IMG/VR virus record: IMGVR_UViG_3300043446_003177 | Span: 96,001 to 160,000 of that record | DNA: 64,000 nt | Source of the DNA: a virus | Direction: 5' to 3' (one strand) | Shown here: positions 29,544 through 39,367 of the stretch, piece by piece | How the letters are laid out: each line of letters starts with the position of its first letter | Numbering within the stretch: position 1 is the stretch's first letter | Made by a program: the position numbers and the translations under genes | The notes under the pieces: generated by a model | Database searches by the model: none | What the model saw: the letters and a program-made list of their open reading frames with translations, nothing else | Told to the model about the DNA's origin: nothing

Positions 29544-31817
29544 ATGGCGACTCCTCAATTATCTCCCGGTGTACTTATTAGGGAAGTTGACCTAACAGTA
29601 GGAAGGGCTGATAACGTATTTGAGAATACGGGTGGTATTTGTGCTCCTTTTTCAAAAGGACCAGTTAATGAGGTAATTGATGTTACCAGTGAGCAAGAGT
29701 TATTAAATGTTTATGGAAAACCACTTTCAACAGACAGACAATATGAGTGGTGGTTAAGTGCGTCTTCTTTCTTAACCTATGGTGGAAAATTAAAAACGGT
29801 AAGAATTGACGGAGATAACTTAAAAAATGCTATTGTAGGATCTTCATCATCAACTCCAGCAGTTAAGATTAGAAATTATGACGAATATAGCGAGAATTAT
29901 TCTGAGGCAGACGCAGTAAGTTTCTTATATGCTGCGAAGAATCCAGGAACCTGGGCAAATGGACTAAAAATTTGCACAATTGATGCTTTTGCTGATCAAA
30001 GGGTTGCAATTTCAACATCAGATCCAGTTGGTTCTGGAATAACTGTAGGCACAGAAATCTTTAAAAATTTAACAGCAGTATCAATTCCAGGTACTGGATC
30101 AACTACAACTTTCACAGGAAAACTTAGAGGAATTGTAGTTGGAATTAATTCCAGCACTACAGGAACTTCTACTGTAGACATTAAAATTTTATCTAGAGTA
30201 TCAACTGCAGGAACCACTTCAGGAACAGAAACTGCCATAGATTATGCTTCTGGAAGTTCTGTTGCAGCATTTAATCAGAATGATACTATTTCTTTCCAAA
30301 GACCTGGCGGAACAGTTTCATTAACTGGAATTGGAACTCAAGCAACAACAACTACAACATTAGGAGTAGTTCTTGACTGGTACAACGAGCAAACTTTAAA
30401 TTTAACAAATAATACAATTTATTGGAAATCACTTGCACCAAGACCAAAAACTACAAACTATTCTCTAGCAAGAGGTGGAAAAAATGATGAAATTCATTTA
30501 GTTGTTGTAGATGATACCGGAACTTTTACCGGAACAAAAGGAGCACTAGTTGAAAAGTTCGTAGGAATGTCGAAATCCTTAGATGCAATTTCTGAGGTTA
30601 ATTCTCCATCCAAGAATTGGTATAAATCCTATCTTGCTAACTTCTCATCGATACTTTACGCAGGAACTAATTTGTCCGGCGCTACTGGAGCGATAGCACC
30701 ACAATTTACAACAGTAAATTCTGGAATATCAACAACACCATCTACTCTCTCTGGAGGTGTATGGAATCAAGAAGCTCAAGGAATTTACTTCAACGTACTT
30801 GGTAACCAATCCTATACGTTGGGCGGAACAACAGTAGAAGGAACATCCTCATATTGGGGTGGAGTTGATTATGCAGCATCCACACAACCTGGACAATTTG
30901 CCGCTTCTCTTTCCGGATTAAACTCAGGTTATGCTCTGTTCGATAATGATGATGATAAGGTAGTTGATTTCCTCATTGGGGGTCCTGGATTACCTGATGA
31001 AACCGAATCACAAGCACACGCAATTAATCTGATCACAATTGCAGCAAATAGAAAAGATTGCCTTGCAGTAATTTCTCCACACAGATCAAATGTTTTAGGT
31101 GCCGCTGGTCCACTTGGGTCAGCAACACAAACTAATAATGTAAACAAATTCTTTAATGGAATTACGATTTCATCATCATATGGAGTCTTTGATAGTGGGT
31201 GGAAGTACACCTACGATAGATTTAACAATCAGTTTGTTTACATTCCATGCAATGCGGATACTGCAGGTTTGATGGTCAGAACATCACTCGACCAATATTC
31301 TTGGTATTCACCTGCTGGACAGCAAAGAGGTGTTCTAAACAATGCTATTAAACTAGCATACAACCCATCTAAAGCACAAAGAGACGCAATTTATCCAAAT
31401 AGAATTAATCCTATCATTTCTTCTCCTGGAACAGGAATTATTCTATTCGGTGATAAAACCGCCTTAACATATCAATCAGCATTTGATAGAATTAACGTTA
31501 GAAGACTTTTCATTACTCTAAAGAGAGCACTGAAGAGAGCTGCTGAGGCACAACTGTTTGAATTCAACGATTCAATCACAAGAGCAAACTTTGTAAATAT
31601 CGTTGAGCCATATCTACGTGATGTTCAGGCAAAGAGAGGTGTTTATGACTTCCTTGTTGTTTGCGATGAATCAAATAACACACCAGACATTATTGATAAC
31701 AATGAATTTAGAGCTGAAATTTATCTGAAGCCAGCGAAATCAATTAACTACGTTACACTCACGTTTGTTGCTACCCGCACTGGCGTTAGCTTTGACGAAG
31801 TAGTTGGAACAGTTTAA
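29544..31817 (+). CDS. gp18: Tail sheath protein gp18
   Basis: LSPGVLIREVDLT, WYSPAGQQRG, FGDKT, AFDRINVRRLF, FEFND, YLKPAKSINYVTLTFVATRTG. Confidence 0.97.
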   Translation: MATPQLSPGVLIREVDLTVGRADNVFENTGGICAPFSKGPVNEVIDVTSEQELLNVYGKPLSTDRQYEWWLSASSFLTYGGKLKTVRIDGDNLKNAIVGSSSSTPAVKIRNYDEYSENYSEADAVSFLYAAKNPGTWANGLKICTIDAFADQRVAISTSDPVGSGITVGTEIFKNLTAVSIPGTGSTTTFTGKLRGIVVGINSSTTGTSTVDIKILSRVSTAGTTSGTETAIDYASGSSVAAFNQNDTISFQRPGGTVSLTGIGTQATTTTTLGVVLDWYNEQTLNLTNNTIYWKSLAPRPKTTNYSLARGGKNDEIHLVVVDDTGTFTGTKGALVEKFVGMSKSLDAISEVNSPSKNWYKSYLANFSSILYAGTNLSGATGAIAPQFTTVNSGISTTPSTLSGGVWNQEAQGIYFNVLGNQSYTLGGTTVEGTSSYWGGVDYAASTQPGQFAASLSGLNSGYALFDNDDDKVVDFLIGGPGLPDETESQAHAINLITIAANRKDCLAVISPHRSNVLGAAGPLGSATQTNNVNKFFNGITISSSYGVFDSGWKYTYDRFNNQFVYIPCNADTAGLMVRTSLDQYSWYSPAGQQRGVLNNAIKLAYNPSKAQRDAIYPNRINPIISSPGTGIILFGDKTALTYQSAFDRINVRRLFITLKRALKRAAEAQLFEFNDSITRANFVNIVEPYLRDVQAKRGVYDFLVVCDESNNTPDIIDNNEFRAEIYLKPAKSINYVTLTFVATRTGVSFDEVVGTV

Positions 31818-31858
31818 GTAAATTAATTGCTTAAGATTTAACAAAGGAGGAATTTAAA

Positions 31859-32485
31859 ATGTCTACTCTCAGAACAATTACAGGATTTAAAGAAAGACTT
31901 GCTGGTGGTGGTGCTAGGCCCAATCTATTTGAAGTTTCCATTCCATCATTTCCAAGAACTTTAGGTGTTACTTGGGACAATGAGTCTGTAAGAACTTTCA
32001 ATTTCTTATGCAAGGCAGCAGCACTTCCTGCTTCAAACATTGCTCCAATTGAAGTTCCTTTTAGAGGACGTATCTTAAAGGTTGCTGGCGACAGAACATT
32101 TGATACCTGGACAGTTACTGTTATTAACGATGAAGATTTCAAACTCAGAACTGCATTTGAGCAGTGGATGAATGGAATCAGCAAACTGGATAATAACACT
32201 GGTGCAACCAACCCAACTTCATACATGGTCAATGCTGAGGTTTACCAACTAGGAAGAGGTGCTGGAGCTGGAAGATTCTCCCAAAATAATGTTCAAGCTG
32301 CAGATGGAACTTCTATTCCACCACTGAGAGCCTATAAGTTCTACGATATTTTCCCAACTAACGTATCTCAGATTGATCTTTCATATGATACTGGAGATAC
32401 TATTGAAGAATATACAGTAGAATTCCAAGTTCAATACTGGACTGTAGGTGAACTTCGTGACCAAACTGGTCAAAGAATTAGCTGA
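31859..32485 (+). CDS. gp19: Tail tube protein gp19
   Basis: GGGARPNLFEV, FRGRILKVAGDRTFDTWTVTVIND, IEEYTVEFQVQYW; strong AAGGAGG RBS. Confidence 0.96.
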   Translation: MSTLRTITGFKERLAGGGARPNLFEVSIPSFPRTLGVTWDNESVRTFNFLCKAAALPASNIAPIEVPFRGRILKVAGDRTFDTWTVTVINDEDFKLRTAFEQWMNGISKLDNNTGATNPTSYMVNAEVYQLGRGAGAGRFSQNNVQAADGTSIPPLRAYKFYDIFPTNVSQIDLSYDTGDTIEEYTVEFQVQYWTVGELRDQTGQRIS

Positions 32486-32491
32486 TAAATA
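32484..32491 (+). promoter_or_regulatory. Late promoter GATAAATA
   Basis: Overlaps the gp19 stop, upstream of gp20. Confidence 0.6.
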
Positions 32492-32524
32492 ATATCAGCA
32501 ATAAAAGAAGTCTAACCTTTATTC

Positions 32525-34210
32525 ATGGCAAAATTATTTGGTTTTTCTATTGAGGATCAAACTCCTCAATTACCACCCACATCTTCCCCCATTCCTCAAA
32601 ATAATGAGGATGGGGTTGATCATTATTTGACTAGTGGGTTTTTTGGATCGTATGTTGATATTGAGGGTGTATATAAAACTGAATTTGATCTCATAAAGAG
32701 ATATAGAGAAATGGCTCTGCATCCAGAAGTTGATGGAGCTATAGAAGATATTGTTAACGAAGCAATTGTATCTGATACTAATGACTCTCCAGTAGAAATT
32801 GAATTATCAAATTTAAATGCTAGCGATGGTATTAAGAAGAAAATAAGGGAAGAATTTAAATATATTTTAGAACTTTTAGACTTTCATAGAAAATCTCACG
32901 AAATATATAGAAATTGGTATATTGACGGTAAAATTTACTACCATAAAGTTATTGATTTAAAAAATCCCCAAGAAGGTATTAAAGAACTTCGTTACATTGA
33001 CGCAATGAAAATGCGTTATGTTAGGCAGGCTAAAAAAGATACCAAACAACCATATAAAATTAGAAGACAAGACGAAGATCCTACGGATTTTACATTTATC
33101 GATATTGAAGAATATTTTGTATATAATCCAAAAATGACTTACTTATCAGGAAATCCAACAGGAACTGTTGGAAGTTCCGCTGGGGTAAGAATTGCAAAAG
33201 ATGCAATTGCATATTGCACATCAGGACTGGTTGATAGAAACAGAGGAACAGTACTTTCTTATTTACATAAAGCAATCAAAGCACTCAATCAACTCCGCAT
33301 GATTGAGGATTCACTAGTTATTTACAGACTATCAAGGGCACCAGAAAGAAGAATATTTTATATTGATGTAGGCAATCTTCCTAAAGTAAAGGCAGAACAA
33401 TATCTCCGTGATGTTATGATGCGTTATCGTAACAAATTAGTTTACGATGCTCAGACTGGAGAAATTCGTGACGATAAAAAATTCATGAGCATGATGGAAG
33501 ATTTTTGGCTTCCAAGAAGAGAAGGTGGTAGAGGAACTGAAATTACAACTCTTCCTGGTGGACAAAATCTTGGGGAGATTACTGATATTGAATATTTTAA
33601 AAAGAAACTTTACCGTTCTTTAAATGTCCCACCATCCAGAATGGATGGGGAAGGTGGATTTAATCTTGGACGTTCATCAGAAATACTACGTGATGAACTT
33701 AAGTTCACCAAGTTTGTTGGTAGATTGAGAAAAAGATTTTCTGGAATGTTTAACGATATTCTTAAGACTCAATTAATTCTTAAGAACATCATAACTCCAG
33801 AAGATTGGGAGGCAATGAAAGATCATATTCAATATGACTTCTTATATGATAATCACTTCTCCGAACTTAAAGAAGCTGAGTTACTAACAGAAAGACTCAA
33901 TCTGGTAGCAACCGCAGAACCTTATGTCGGTAAATATTATTCTCAAGATTACGTTAGAAGAAAAATTTTAAGACAGACTGATCAAGAAATCATAGAACAA
34001 GACGAAATTATTAAAAAAGAAATAGAGGAAGGAATCATTCCAGATCCAAATGCACCAATAGATCCAGCAACAGGTCAACCAATGGATCCAAATTCAATGG
34101 ATCTTGGACAACCTGTTATGGAACCAAATTTGGATTCTCAGGGAGCAGCAACTGAAGCTGATGGAAAAGCAGCAGAACCACCCCCATCTCCTCGTGGTGG
34201 GAAAATATAA
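32525..34210 (+). CDS. gp20: Portal vertex protein gp20
   Basis: YREMALHPEVDGAIEDIVNE, IYRLSRAPERRIFYIDVGNLP, EDFWLPRREGGRGTEITTLPGG. Confidence 0.98.
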   Translation: MAKLFGFSIEDQTPQLPPTSSPIPQNNEDGVDHYLTSGFFGSYVDIEGVYKTEFDLIKRYREMALHPEVDGAIEDIVNEAIVSDTNDSPVEIELSNLNASDGIKKKIREEFKYILELLDFHRKSHEIYRNWYIDGKIYYHKVIDLKNPQEGIKELRYIDAMKMRYVRQAKKDTKQPYKIRRQDEDPTDFTFIDIEEYFVYNPKMTYLSGNPTGTVGSSAGVRIAKDAIAYCTSGLVDRNRGTVLSYLHKAIKALNQLRMIEDSLVIYRLSRAPERRIFYIDVGNLPKVKAEQYLRDVMMRYRNKLVYDAQTGEIRDDKKFMSMMEDFWLPRREGGRGTEITTLPGGQNLGEITDIEYFKKKLYRSLNVPPSRMDGEGGFNLGRSSEILRDELKFTKFVGRLRKRFSGMFNDILKTQLILKNIITPEDWEAMKDHIQYDFLYDNHFSELKEAELLTERLNLVATAEPYVGKYYSQDYVRRKILRQTDQEIIEQDEIIKKEIEEGIIPDPNAPIDPATGQPMDPNSMDLGQPVMEPNLDSQGAATEADGKAAEPPPSPRGGKI

Positions 34211-34213
34211 ATA
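34206..34213 (+). promoter_or_regulatory. Late promoter TATAAATA
   Basis: Exact consensus overlapping the gp20 stop. Confidence 0.75.
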
Positions 34214-34236
34214 GTTAAAATTTAAAATTATTAAAT

Positions 34237-34410
34237 ATGGATATGGAAGACCTAATCGACATGATTGCTACTGACGAAAGTCCTTCTCAGATTAGCGACA
34301 AAATTAAAGATCTATTATTTTCAAAAGCTGCTTCTAAGATTGATGAATTCAAACCAGATGTAGCAAATTCGATGTTTGACTTTGAATCAGAAGAATCAGA
34401 AGAAGAATAA
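34237..34410 (+). CDS. Small acidic prohead core protein (gp67-like), 57 aa
   Basis: Not in the ORF track. MDMEDLIDMIATDESPSQISDKIKDLLFSKAASKIDEFKPDVANSMFDFESEESEEE; position after gp20 and acidic tail match T4 gp67. Confidence 0.65.
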   Translation: MDMEDLIDMIATDESPSQISDKIKDLLFSKAASKIDEFKPDVANSMFDFESEESEEE

Positions 34411-34448
34411 TAATAAATAATTATTATAATAAAATGAATTAGAAAATA

Positions 34449-35006
34449 ATGGCGCATAAACCAGTAGGTGCGGGAATTTCATTATCAACAACTGCCGTTT
34501 CAGCATTAACCACTTCATTTTCCGTTCAATCAAATGTTCTGAGAGTGACTGCAGTTAATGCTGGGGCATTTGTTGCAATTGGAACAAACCCAACCGCATC
34601 AATTACAGATTATTATATTCCTGCAGGAAAATCAGAAACTCTTGCTTTAACAAAAGCATCACAAAGAGTTGCTGGTATAACAACCGGAACAACTACTATT
34701 ATTGATTTTCCAGAAGGAACTCAAACTCCTTTTGTTGCTGGAGATTATGTTACCTTAACAGTCACTGGGCAATCTTATTACAATTTTACCCATGTTCCTG
34801 TTATTTCCGTAAATAATACTGCATCTTATGATGGGTATTTTTCAAAGAGAATTGTCGTAGATTATAACTCAAGTGGTATTGTAACCGCATTTTCACCAAC
34901 AACATCATATGCTGATTTGAGAGGATCTATCAGAGTTGCTGCTAGAACCGAAGGTGGATCTGGAACCGTTTATATTCAACAAGTACAAATTTCAGGACAA
35001 GCATAA
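34449..35006 (+). CDS. Conserved cyanophage beta-rich hypothetical protein, probably head-associated
   Basis: 185 aa, preceded by AATAAATA (34412-34419), TAATG-coupled to gp21. Confidence 0.65.
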   Translation: MAHKPVGAGISLSTTAVSALTTSFSVQSNVLRVTAVNAGAFVAIGTNPTASITDYYIPAGKSETLALTKASQRVAGITTGTTTIIDFPEGTQTPFVAGDYVTLTVTGQSYYNFTHVPVISVNNTASYDGYFSKRIVVDYNSSGIVTAFSPTTSYADLRGSIRVAARTEGGSGTVYIQQVQISGQA

Positions 35007-35656
35007 TGAAACTTATTACCGAAGAAATCGAATCAGTAGAAGTTCTTACCGAAACGGTCAACGGTAAGAAGACTCTTTATATCCAAGGACCTTTCCTTCA
35101 AACTGAAGTTGTAAACAGAAACGGTAGAATGTATCGTTTACCTGTTATGGAAAGAGAGGTAAAGCGTTACACTGAACAATATGTAAATAAGGGTCGTGCT
35201 CTTGGAGAGCTTGGACACCCTGATGGTCCTACTGTAAATCTAGATCGAGTCTCCCATAAAATTGTTTCACTTCACCGCGAAGGAAATAATTTTATTGGTA
35301 AGGCGCAAATCCTCTCAACTCCAATGGGAAAAATTGCAGAGTCACTTTTAAAAGAAGGAGTTACTCTTGGCGTTTCCTCTCGTGGTATTGGTTCAGTCAA
35401 ATCTACTCGTGAAGGTTTTACTGAAGTTGGCGAAGATTTCATGCTAGCAACTGCTGCTGATATCGTTGCCGATCCTTCTGCTCCTGACGCTTTTGTTCAG
35501 GGAATCATGGAAGGAAAGGAATGGGTTTGGGAAGGTGGAATGCTCAGAGAAAGAGCAGCACAAAAAACTTATAAGAGAATTAATACTCTTGTAGACCAAA
35601 AACGTCTGGAAGAGCATAAATTGAATCTATTCAATGAGTTTTTAAACTCATTGTAA
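35006..35656 (+). CDS. gp21: Prohead protease gp21
   Basis: MKLITE, NRNGRMY, ALGELGHP, LGVSSRGIGS, DIVADPSAPDAFV. Confidence 0.97.
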   Translation: MKLITEEIESVEVLTETVNGKKTLYIQGPFLQTEVVNRNGRMYRLPVMEREVKRYTEQYVNKGRALGELGHPDGPTVNLDRVSHKIVSLHREGNNFIGKAQILSTPMGKIAESLLKEGVTLGVSSRGIGSVKSTREGFTEVGEDFMLATAADIVADPSAPDAFVQGIMEGKEWVWEGGMLRERAAQKTYKRINTLVDQKRLEEHKLNLFNEFLNSL

Positions 35657-35666
35657 TTTGTTAAAT

Positions 35667-35674
35667 TATAAATA
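35667..35674 (+). promoter_or_regulatory. Late promoter TATAAATA
   Basis: Exact consensus upstream of gp22. Confidence 0.8.
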
Positions 35675-35715
35675 AATATAGATTAAATTACACTAAGGTT
35701 AATCGGAGAGTTCAA

Positions 35716-36906
35716 ATGTCTCGTGGAGATTTACAAGAAATGGAAGTAGGCACTAAGCAATCCAAAACCGCTGTCAATGCAAATGCAAAAGCGGGAGATC
35801 CAATGCCTAAACTAGCAGCAGGTGCCGTTGCTGGGCAAACAGGTGGTTGGGAAGATCTGGGTGGTCCAGATCCAACAAACTATCGTCCAGATGATGACTC
35901 GGCTAAATTAAAAACACCTGGAGCAACTCTTAAGCAAGTTAGAGATGTTGTTAATAAGGGTGCTAAAGCTGCAGATCCAACTCCTCATATGAAAGGTGCT
36001 GTTAAAGAAGAAACCGAAGAAGATGAGGAAGATCTAATTGTAGACGAAGAGGATCTTGAAATCTCTGATGACGAAGAAGTAGTAGAAGAAGAAGCTTCTG
36101 AAAAAGAAGAAAAGGGTGAGAAGGAAGAGAAGGGTAAGAAGGATAAGGAAGAAGAAGAGGAAGAGGAAGAGATGGAAGAAGAGTTTAACATCGATGAAGA
36201 TGTTAATGCTCTCTTAGATGGCGAAGAGCTCTCTGAGGAATTCCAAGAGAAAGCACGTATCATTTTTGAAGCTGCTCTTCGTTCAAAAGTTTCTGATATT
36301 AAAGAAACTCTTGAAGAGCAGTATGAGCAAAGACTTTCTGAAGAAATTTCAGAAATCAAATCAGTTCTTCAAGAAAGAATTGATTCATACTTAGAGTATG
36401 TTGCTGACGAATGGTTTGAGGAAAATGCTCTAGCAATTGAGCATGGAATCAAAACCGAGATTACCGAGTCATTCCTCCAAGGAATGAAGGGTCTTTTTGA
36501 AGAGCATTATGTAACAATCCCTGAAGATAGATATGATGTTTTAGAGAGCATGGTAGACAAACTTGATGAAATGGAGACAAAACTCAACGAGCAGATTGAG
36601 AGAAATATTTCCCTAAACAAGCGCCTCGCAGAGTCGGTTGCTGACGGAATCTTAGATCAAGTCTCTGAGGGCCTTGCTGCTACTCAGAAAGAAAAGCTCG
36701 CTTCACTTGCCGAAAGTGTTGAGTTTGAAAGTGAAGAGGAATATCGTGAAAAACTGGAGACTTTAAAGGAATCATATTTTCCTTCCAGAACAGTATCTCC
36801 ATCAGCTAAAACAGAAACCCTCTCAGAGGGTTTAGACAGAGCACCTGAAAATGTAACAGGTTCGATGGCGGCTTATCTGAGAACGCTTTCATCTTTTAGC
36901 AAATAA
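35716..36906 (+). CDS. gp22: Prohead core scaffold protein gp22
   Basis: Highly acidic coiled coil, LSEEFQEKARIIFEAA, DSYLEYVADEW, KLETLKESYF; lies between gp21 and gp23. Confidence 0.93.
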   Translation: MSRGDLQEMEVGTKQSKTAVNANAKAGDPMPKLAAGAVAGQTGGWEDLGGPDPTNYRPDDDSAKLKTPGATLKQVRDVVNKGAKAADPTPHMKGAVKEETEEDEEDLIVDEEDLEISDDEEVVEEEASEKEEKGEKEEKGKKDKEEEEEEEEMEEEFNIDEDVNALLDGEELSEEFQEKARIIFEAALRSKVSDIKETLEEQYEQRLSEEISEIKSVLQERIDSYLEYVADEWFEENALAIEHGIKTEITESFLQGMKGLFEEHYVTIPEDRYDVLESMVDKLDEMETKLNEQIERNISLNKRLAESVADGILDQVSEGLAATQKEKLASLAESVEFESEEEYREKLETLKESYFPSRTVSPSAKTETLSEGLDRAPENVTGSMAAYLRTLSSFSK

Positions 36907-36956
36907 ACTGAATTTAATATTAAATCAAACGTAACAAACAACAGAGGTAAACGCAA

Positions 36957-38387
36957 ATGTTCCATTCCGAGCATCTGCAGGAAAAGTGGGCACCACTCCT
37001 CAACTATGAGGGTCTTGATCAAATCAAAGATTCGCATCGTAGAGCGGTAACCGCAGTCCTGCTAGAAAACCAAGAAAGATTTTTAAGAGAGCAATCTGCA
37101 TTTGAAAGTGCAGGTTCATTCCTAACCGAAACTCCAGTAAACAGCACTGCTTCAAGTTCAACTGCAGGTTTCGGTGGTAGCGCACAAGGATTTAGCGCAG
37201 GTCCTACCGCAGGTTTCGACCCTGTTCTGATCTCTCTGATCAGACGCTCAATGCCTAACCTTGTTGCTTATGATCTCGCTGGCGTTCAACCAATGAACGG
37301 TCCAACCGGCCTGATCTTTGCAATGCGTTCACGCTACAACAACCAGAGCGGTACAGAAGCATTCTATAACGAAGTTGATACCGCATGGTCTGGTCAGCCA
37401 TTTGGCCGCGATAACGAAGATGGATTTACCAACGGTGCCGTTGGTATGGGTACTACTGCACAAAATGGTACAAACCCATCCGTTCTGAACGCAGCTGGTG
37501 CAGCTGGTGGCGACTACAATGTTGGTCAGGGTATGCGTACTGACCAGGCTGAAGCACTTGATAGTGGTGCGGACGCTTTCAACCAGATGGCGTTCTCAAT
37601 CGAGAAGGTTACCGTTACTGCAAAGTCACGCGCCCTCAAGGCTGAGTACACCTTAGAACTCGCACAAGACCTCAAGGCAATCCACGGTCTGAATGCTGAA
37701 GCGGAACTCGCAAATATTCTCTCAACTGAGATTCTTGCTGAGATCAACCGCGAAGTCATCAGAACCATCTACAAGGTTGCTGAACAGGGTGCTGCTCAAA
37801 ACACCGCTACTGCTGGTGTATTTGACCTCGACGTTGATTCAAACGGTCGTTGGTCGGTTGAGAAGTTCAAGGGTCTACTCTTCCAGATCGAGAGAGATGC
37901 AAACGCAATCGCTCAAAGAACTCGTAGAGGAAAGGGCAACATCATCATGTGCTCTGCTGACGTTGCTTCAGCACTGACCATGGCTGGTGTTCTCGATTAC
38001 ACCCCTGCGCTCAATGCTAATCTGTCTGTTGATGATACCGGTAATACTTTTGCTGGTACTCTGATGGGCAAATTCCGCGTCTACATTGACCCATATGCTG
38101 CTAACCTGACTTCAGGTAACGCTGCTCCAACAGGTGGTAACCAGTACTACGTTGTTGGTTATAAGGGTTCTTCACCTTATGACGCAGGTCTCTTCTATTG
38201 CCCATATGTTCCTCTCCAAATGGTACGTGCCGTTGGTGAGAACAGCTTCCAGCCTAAGATCGGCTTTAAGACCCGTTATGGAATGGTTGCAAACCCATTC
38301 GCTGAGGGTACTACCCAGGGTCAAGGCAATCTCACTGTTAACGCAAACCGTTACTACAGAAGAGTTGCTGTGAAAAATTTAATGTGA
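36957..38387 (+). CDS. gp23: Major capsid protein gp23
   Basis: KWAPLL, GSFLTE maturation site, LIRRSMPNLVAYDLAGVQPMNGPTGLIFAMR, AKSRALKAEYTLELAQDLKAIHG, FQPKIGFKTRYG. Confidence 0.99.
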   Translation: MFHSEHLQEKWAPLLNYEGLDQIKDSHRRAVTAVLLENQERFLREQSAFESAGSFLTETPVNSTASSSTAGFGGSAQGFSAGPTAGFDPVLISLIRRSMPNLVAYDLAGVQPMNGPTGLIFAMRSRYNNQSGTEAFYNEVDTAWSGQPFGRDNEDGFTNGAVGMGTTAQNGTNPSVLNAAGAAGGDYNVGQGMRTDQAEALDSGADAFNQMAFSIEKVTVTAKSRALKAEYTLELAQDLKAIHGLNAEAELANILSTEILAEINREVIRTIYKVAEQGAAQNTATAGVFDLDVDSNGRWSVEKFKGLLFQIERDANAIAQRTRRGKGNIIMCSADVASALTMAGVLDYTPALNANLSVDDTGNTFAGTLMGKFRVYIDPYAANLTSGNAAPTGGNQYYVVGYKGSSPYDAGLFYCPYVPLQMVRAVGENSFQPKIGFKTRYGMVANPFAEGTTQGQGNLTVNANRYYRRVAVKNLM

Positions 38388-38406
38388 GTTTTCTTCACAT
38401 TTATTC

Positions 38407-38432
38407 AAGACCTCCTTTGGAGGTCTTTTTTT
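38407..38432 (+). terminator. Rho-independent terminator after gp23
   Basis: AAGACCTCC-TTT-GGAGGTCTT followed by a T-run. Confidence 0.9.
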
Positions 38433-38439
38433 ATAAATA
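38432..38439 (+). promoter_or_regulatory. Late promoter TATAAATA
   Basis: Exact consensus immediately after the gp23 terminator. Confidence 0.8.
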
Positions 38440-38464
38440 AAAATGTAAGAATTAGTTGTGAACG

Positions 38465-38791
38465 ATGCCTAGACCAATTACCAATACCACTGGATTTTAT
38501 GGAGAAGGGAAAACCAAAAGACGGGCAGAAAATCATCGTATAAATGTTAGAAAACGTAGAGATGAAAGAAAACAATACTTAGTTGATCATTTTGGAGATA
38601 AGTGTCATGATTGTAAAAATAGTTTTCCAGTATGTTGCTATGATTTTCATCATATAGACCCATCTACAAAATCTTTTGAAATTGCCCCTAGATTAGACGG
38701 AAATTTGGAAACTATTATGGAAGAGGTAAAAAAATGTATAATGATATGCTCAAACTGTCATAGAATTAGACACTATAAAGAAAGCAGATAA
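38465..38791 (+). CDS. Free-standing HNH endonuclease (probable mobile homing endonuclease)
   Basis: CHDC...YDFHHIDP...KKCIMICSNCHRIRH zinc-binding HNH pattern. Confidence 0.8.
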   Translation: MPRPITNTTGFYGEGKTKRRAENHRINVRKRRDERKQYLVDHFGDKCHDCKNSFPVCCYDFHHIDPSTKSFEIAPRLDGNLETIMEEVKKCIMICSNCHRIRHYKESR

Positions 38792-38803
38792 ATAGTTAAA
38801 AAA

Positions 38804-39367
38804 ATGGCTACAAAAAATATTTACGATCATCAAATACAGAATAGAAATTTTCTATCTCCTGTTGGATTTAAATTTATATTAAACAAAAGTCCTAAGGTAT
38901 CGTTTTTTAGTAACCAAGCAAATATTCCAGGAATAGATTTAGGAGTAGCTATTCAACCAACATACCTAAAAGACATTGATGTTCCTGGTGATAAATTAGT
39001 TTTTTCTGATTTTAATTTGCGATTTTTGGTAGATGAAAATCTTGAAAACTATATGGAGATACAAAACTGGATGAGAGGTCTTGGATATCCAGAAAGTCTT
39101 CAAGAAATATATGATTTACAAAAATCAAACAAAGCAATGGACGCACAACCAAAGTCCATGCTCAACATATATTCTGATGGTACTCTGCAAATACTAACAA
39201 GTAATAATAATCCAAATTTTAAAATAAAATTTAAAGACTTATTTCCTGTATCTCTATCCACTTTACAGTTTGATGCAACTATGAGTGATATAGAGTACTT
39301 TACGGCAGAAGTAATATTCAAGTATACTATTTACAATATAACTGATTTGAATGGCGACCCTCTATGA
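38804..39367 (+). CDS. gp3: Tail completion/tube terminator gp3
   Basis: NRNFLSPVGFKF, FLVDENLENYMEIQNWMRGLG, FKDLFPVSLSTLQFD; GATAAATA at 38787-38794. Confidence 0.9.
   Translation: MATKNIYDHQIQNRNFLSPVGFKFILNKSPKVSFFSNQANIPGIDLGVAIQPTYLKDIDVPGDKLVFSDFNLRFLVDENLENYMEIQNWMRGLGYPESLQEIYDLQKSNKAMDAQPKSMLNIYSDGTLQILTSNNNPNFKIKFKDLFPVSLSTLQFDATMSDIEYFTAEVIFKYTIYNITDLNGDPL

Noticed and set aside
36001-36190. GAA-rich repetitive tract
   Set aside because: Encodes the poly-Glu/Lys region of scaffold gp22; not a DNA repeat element or array.
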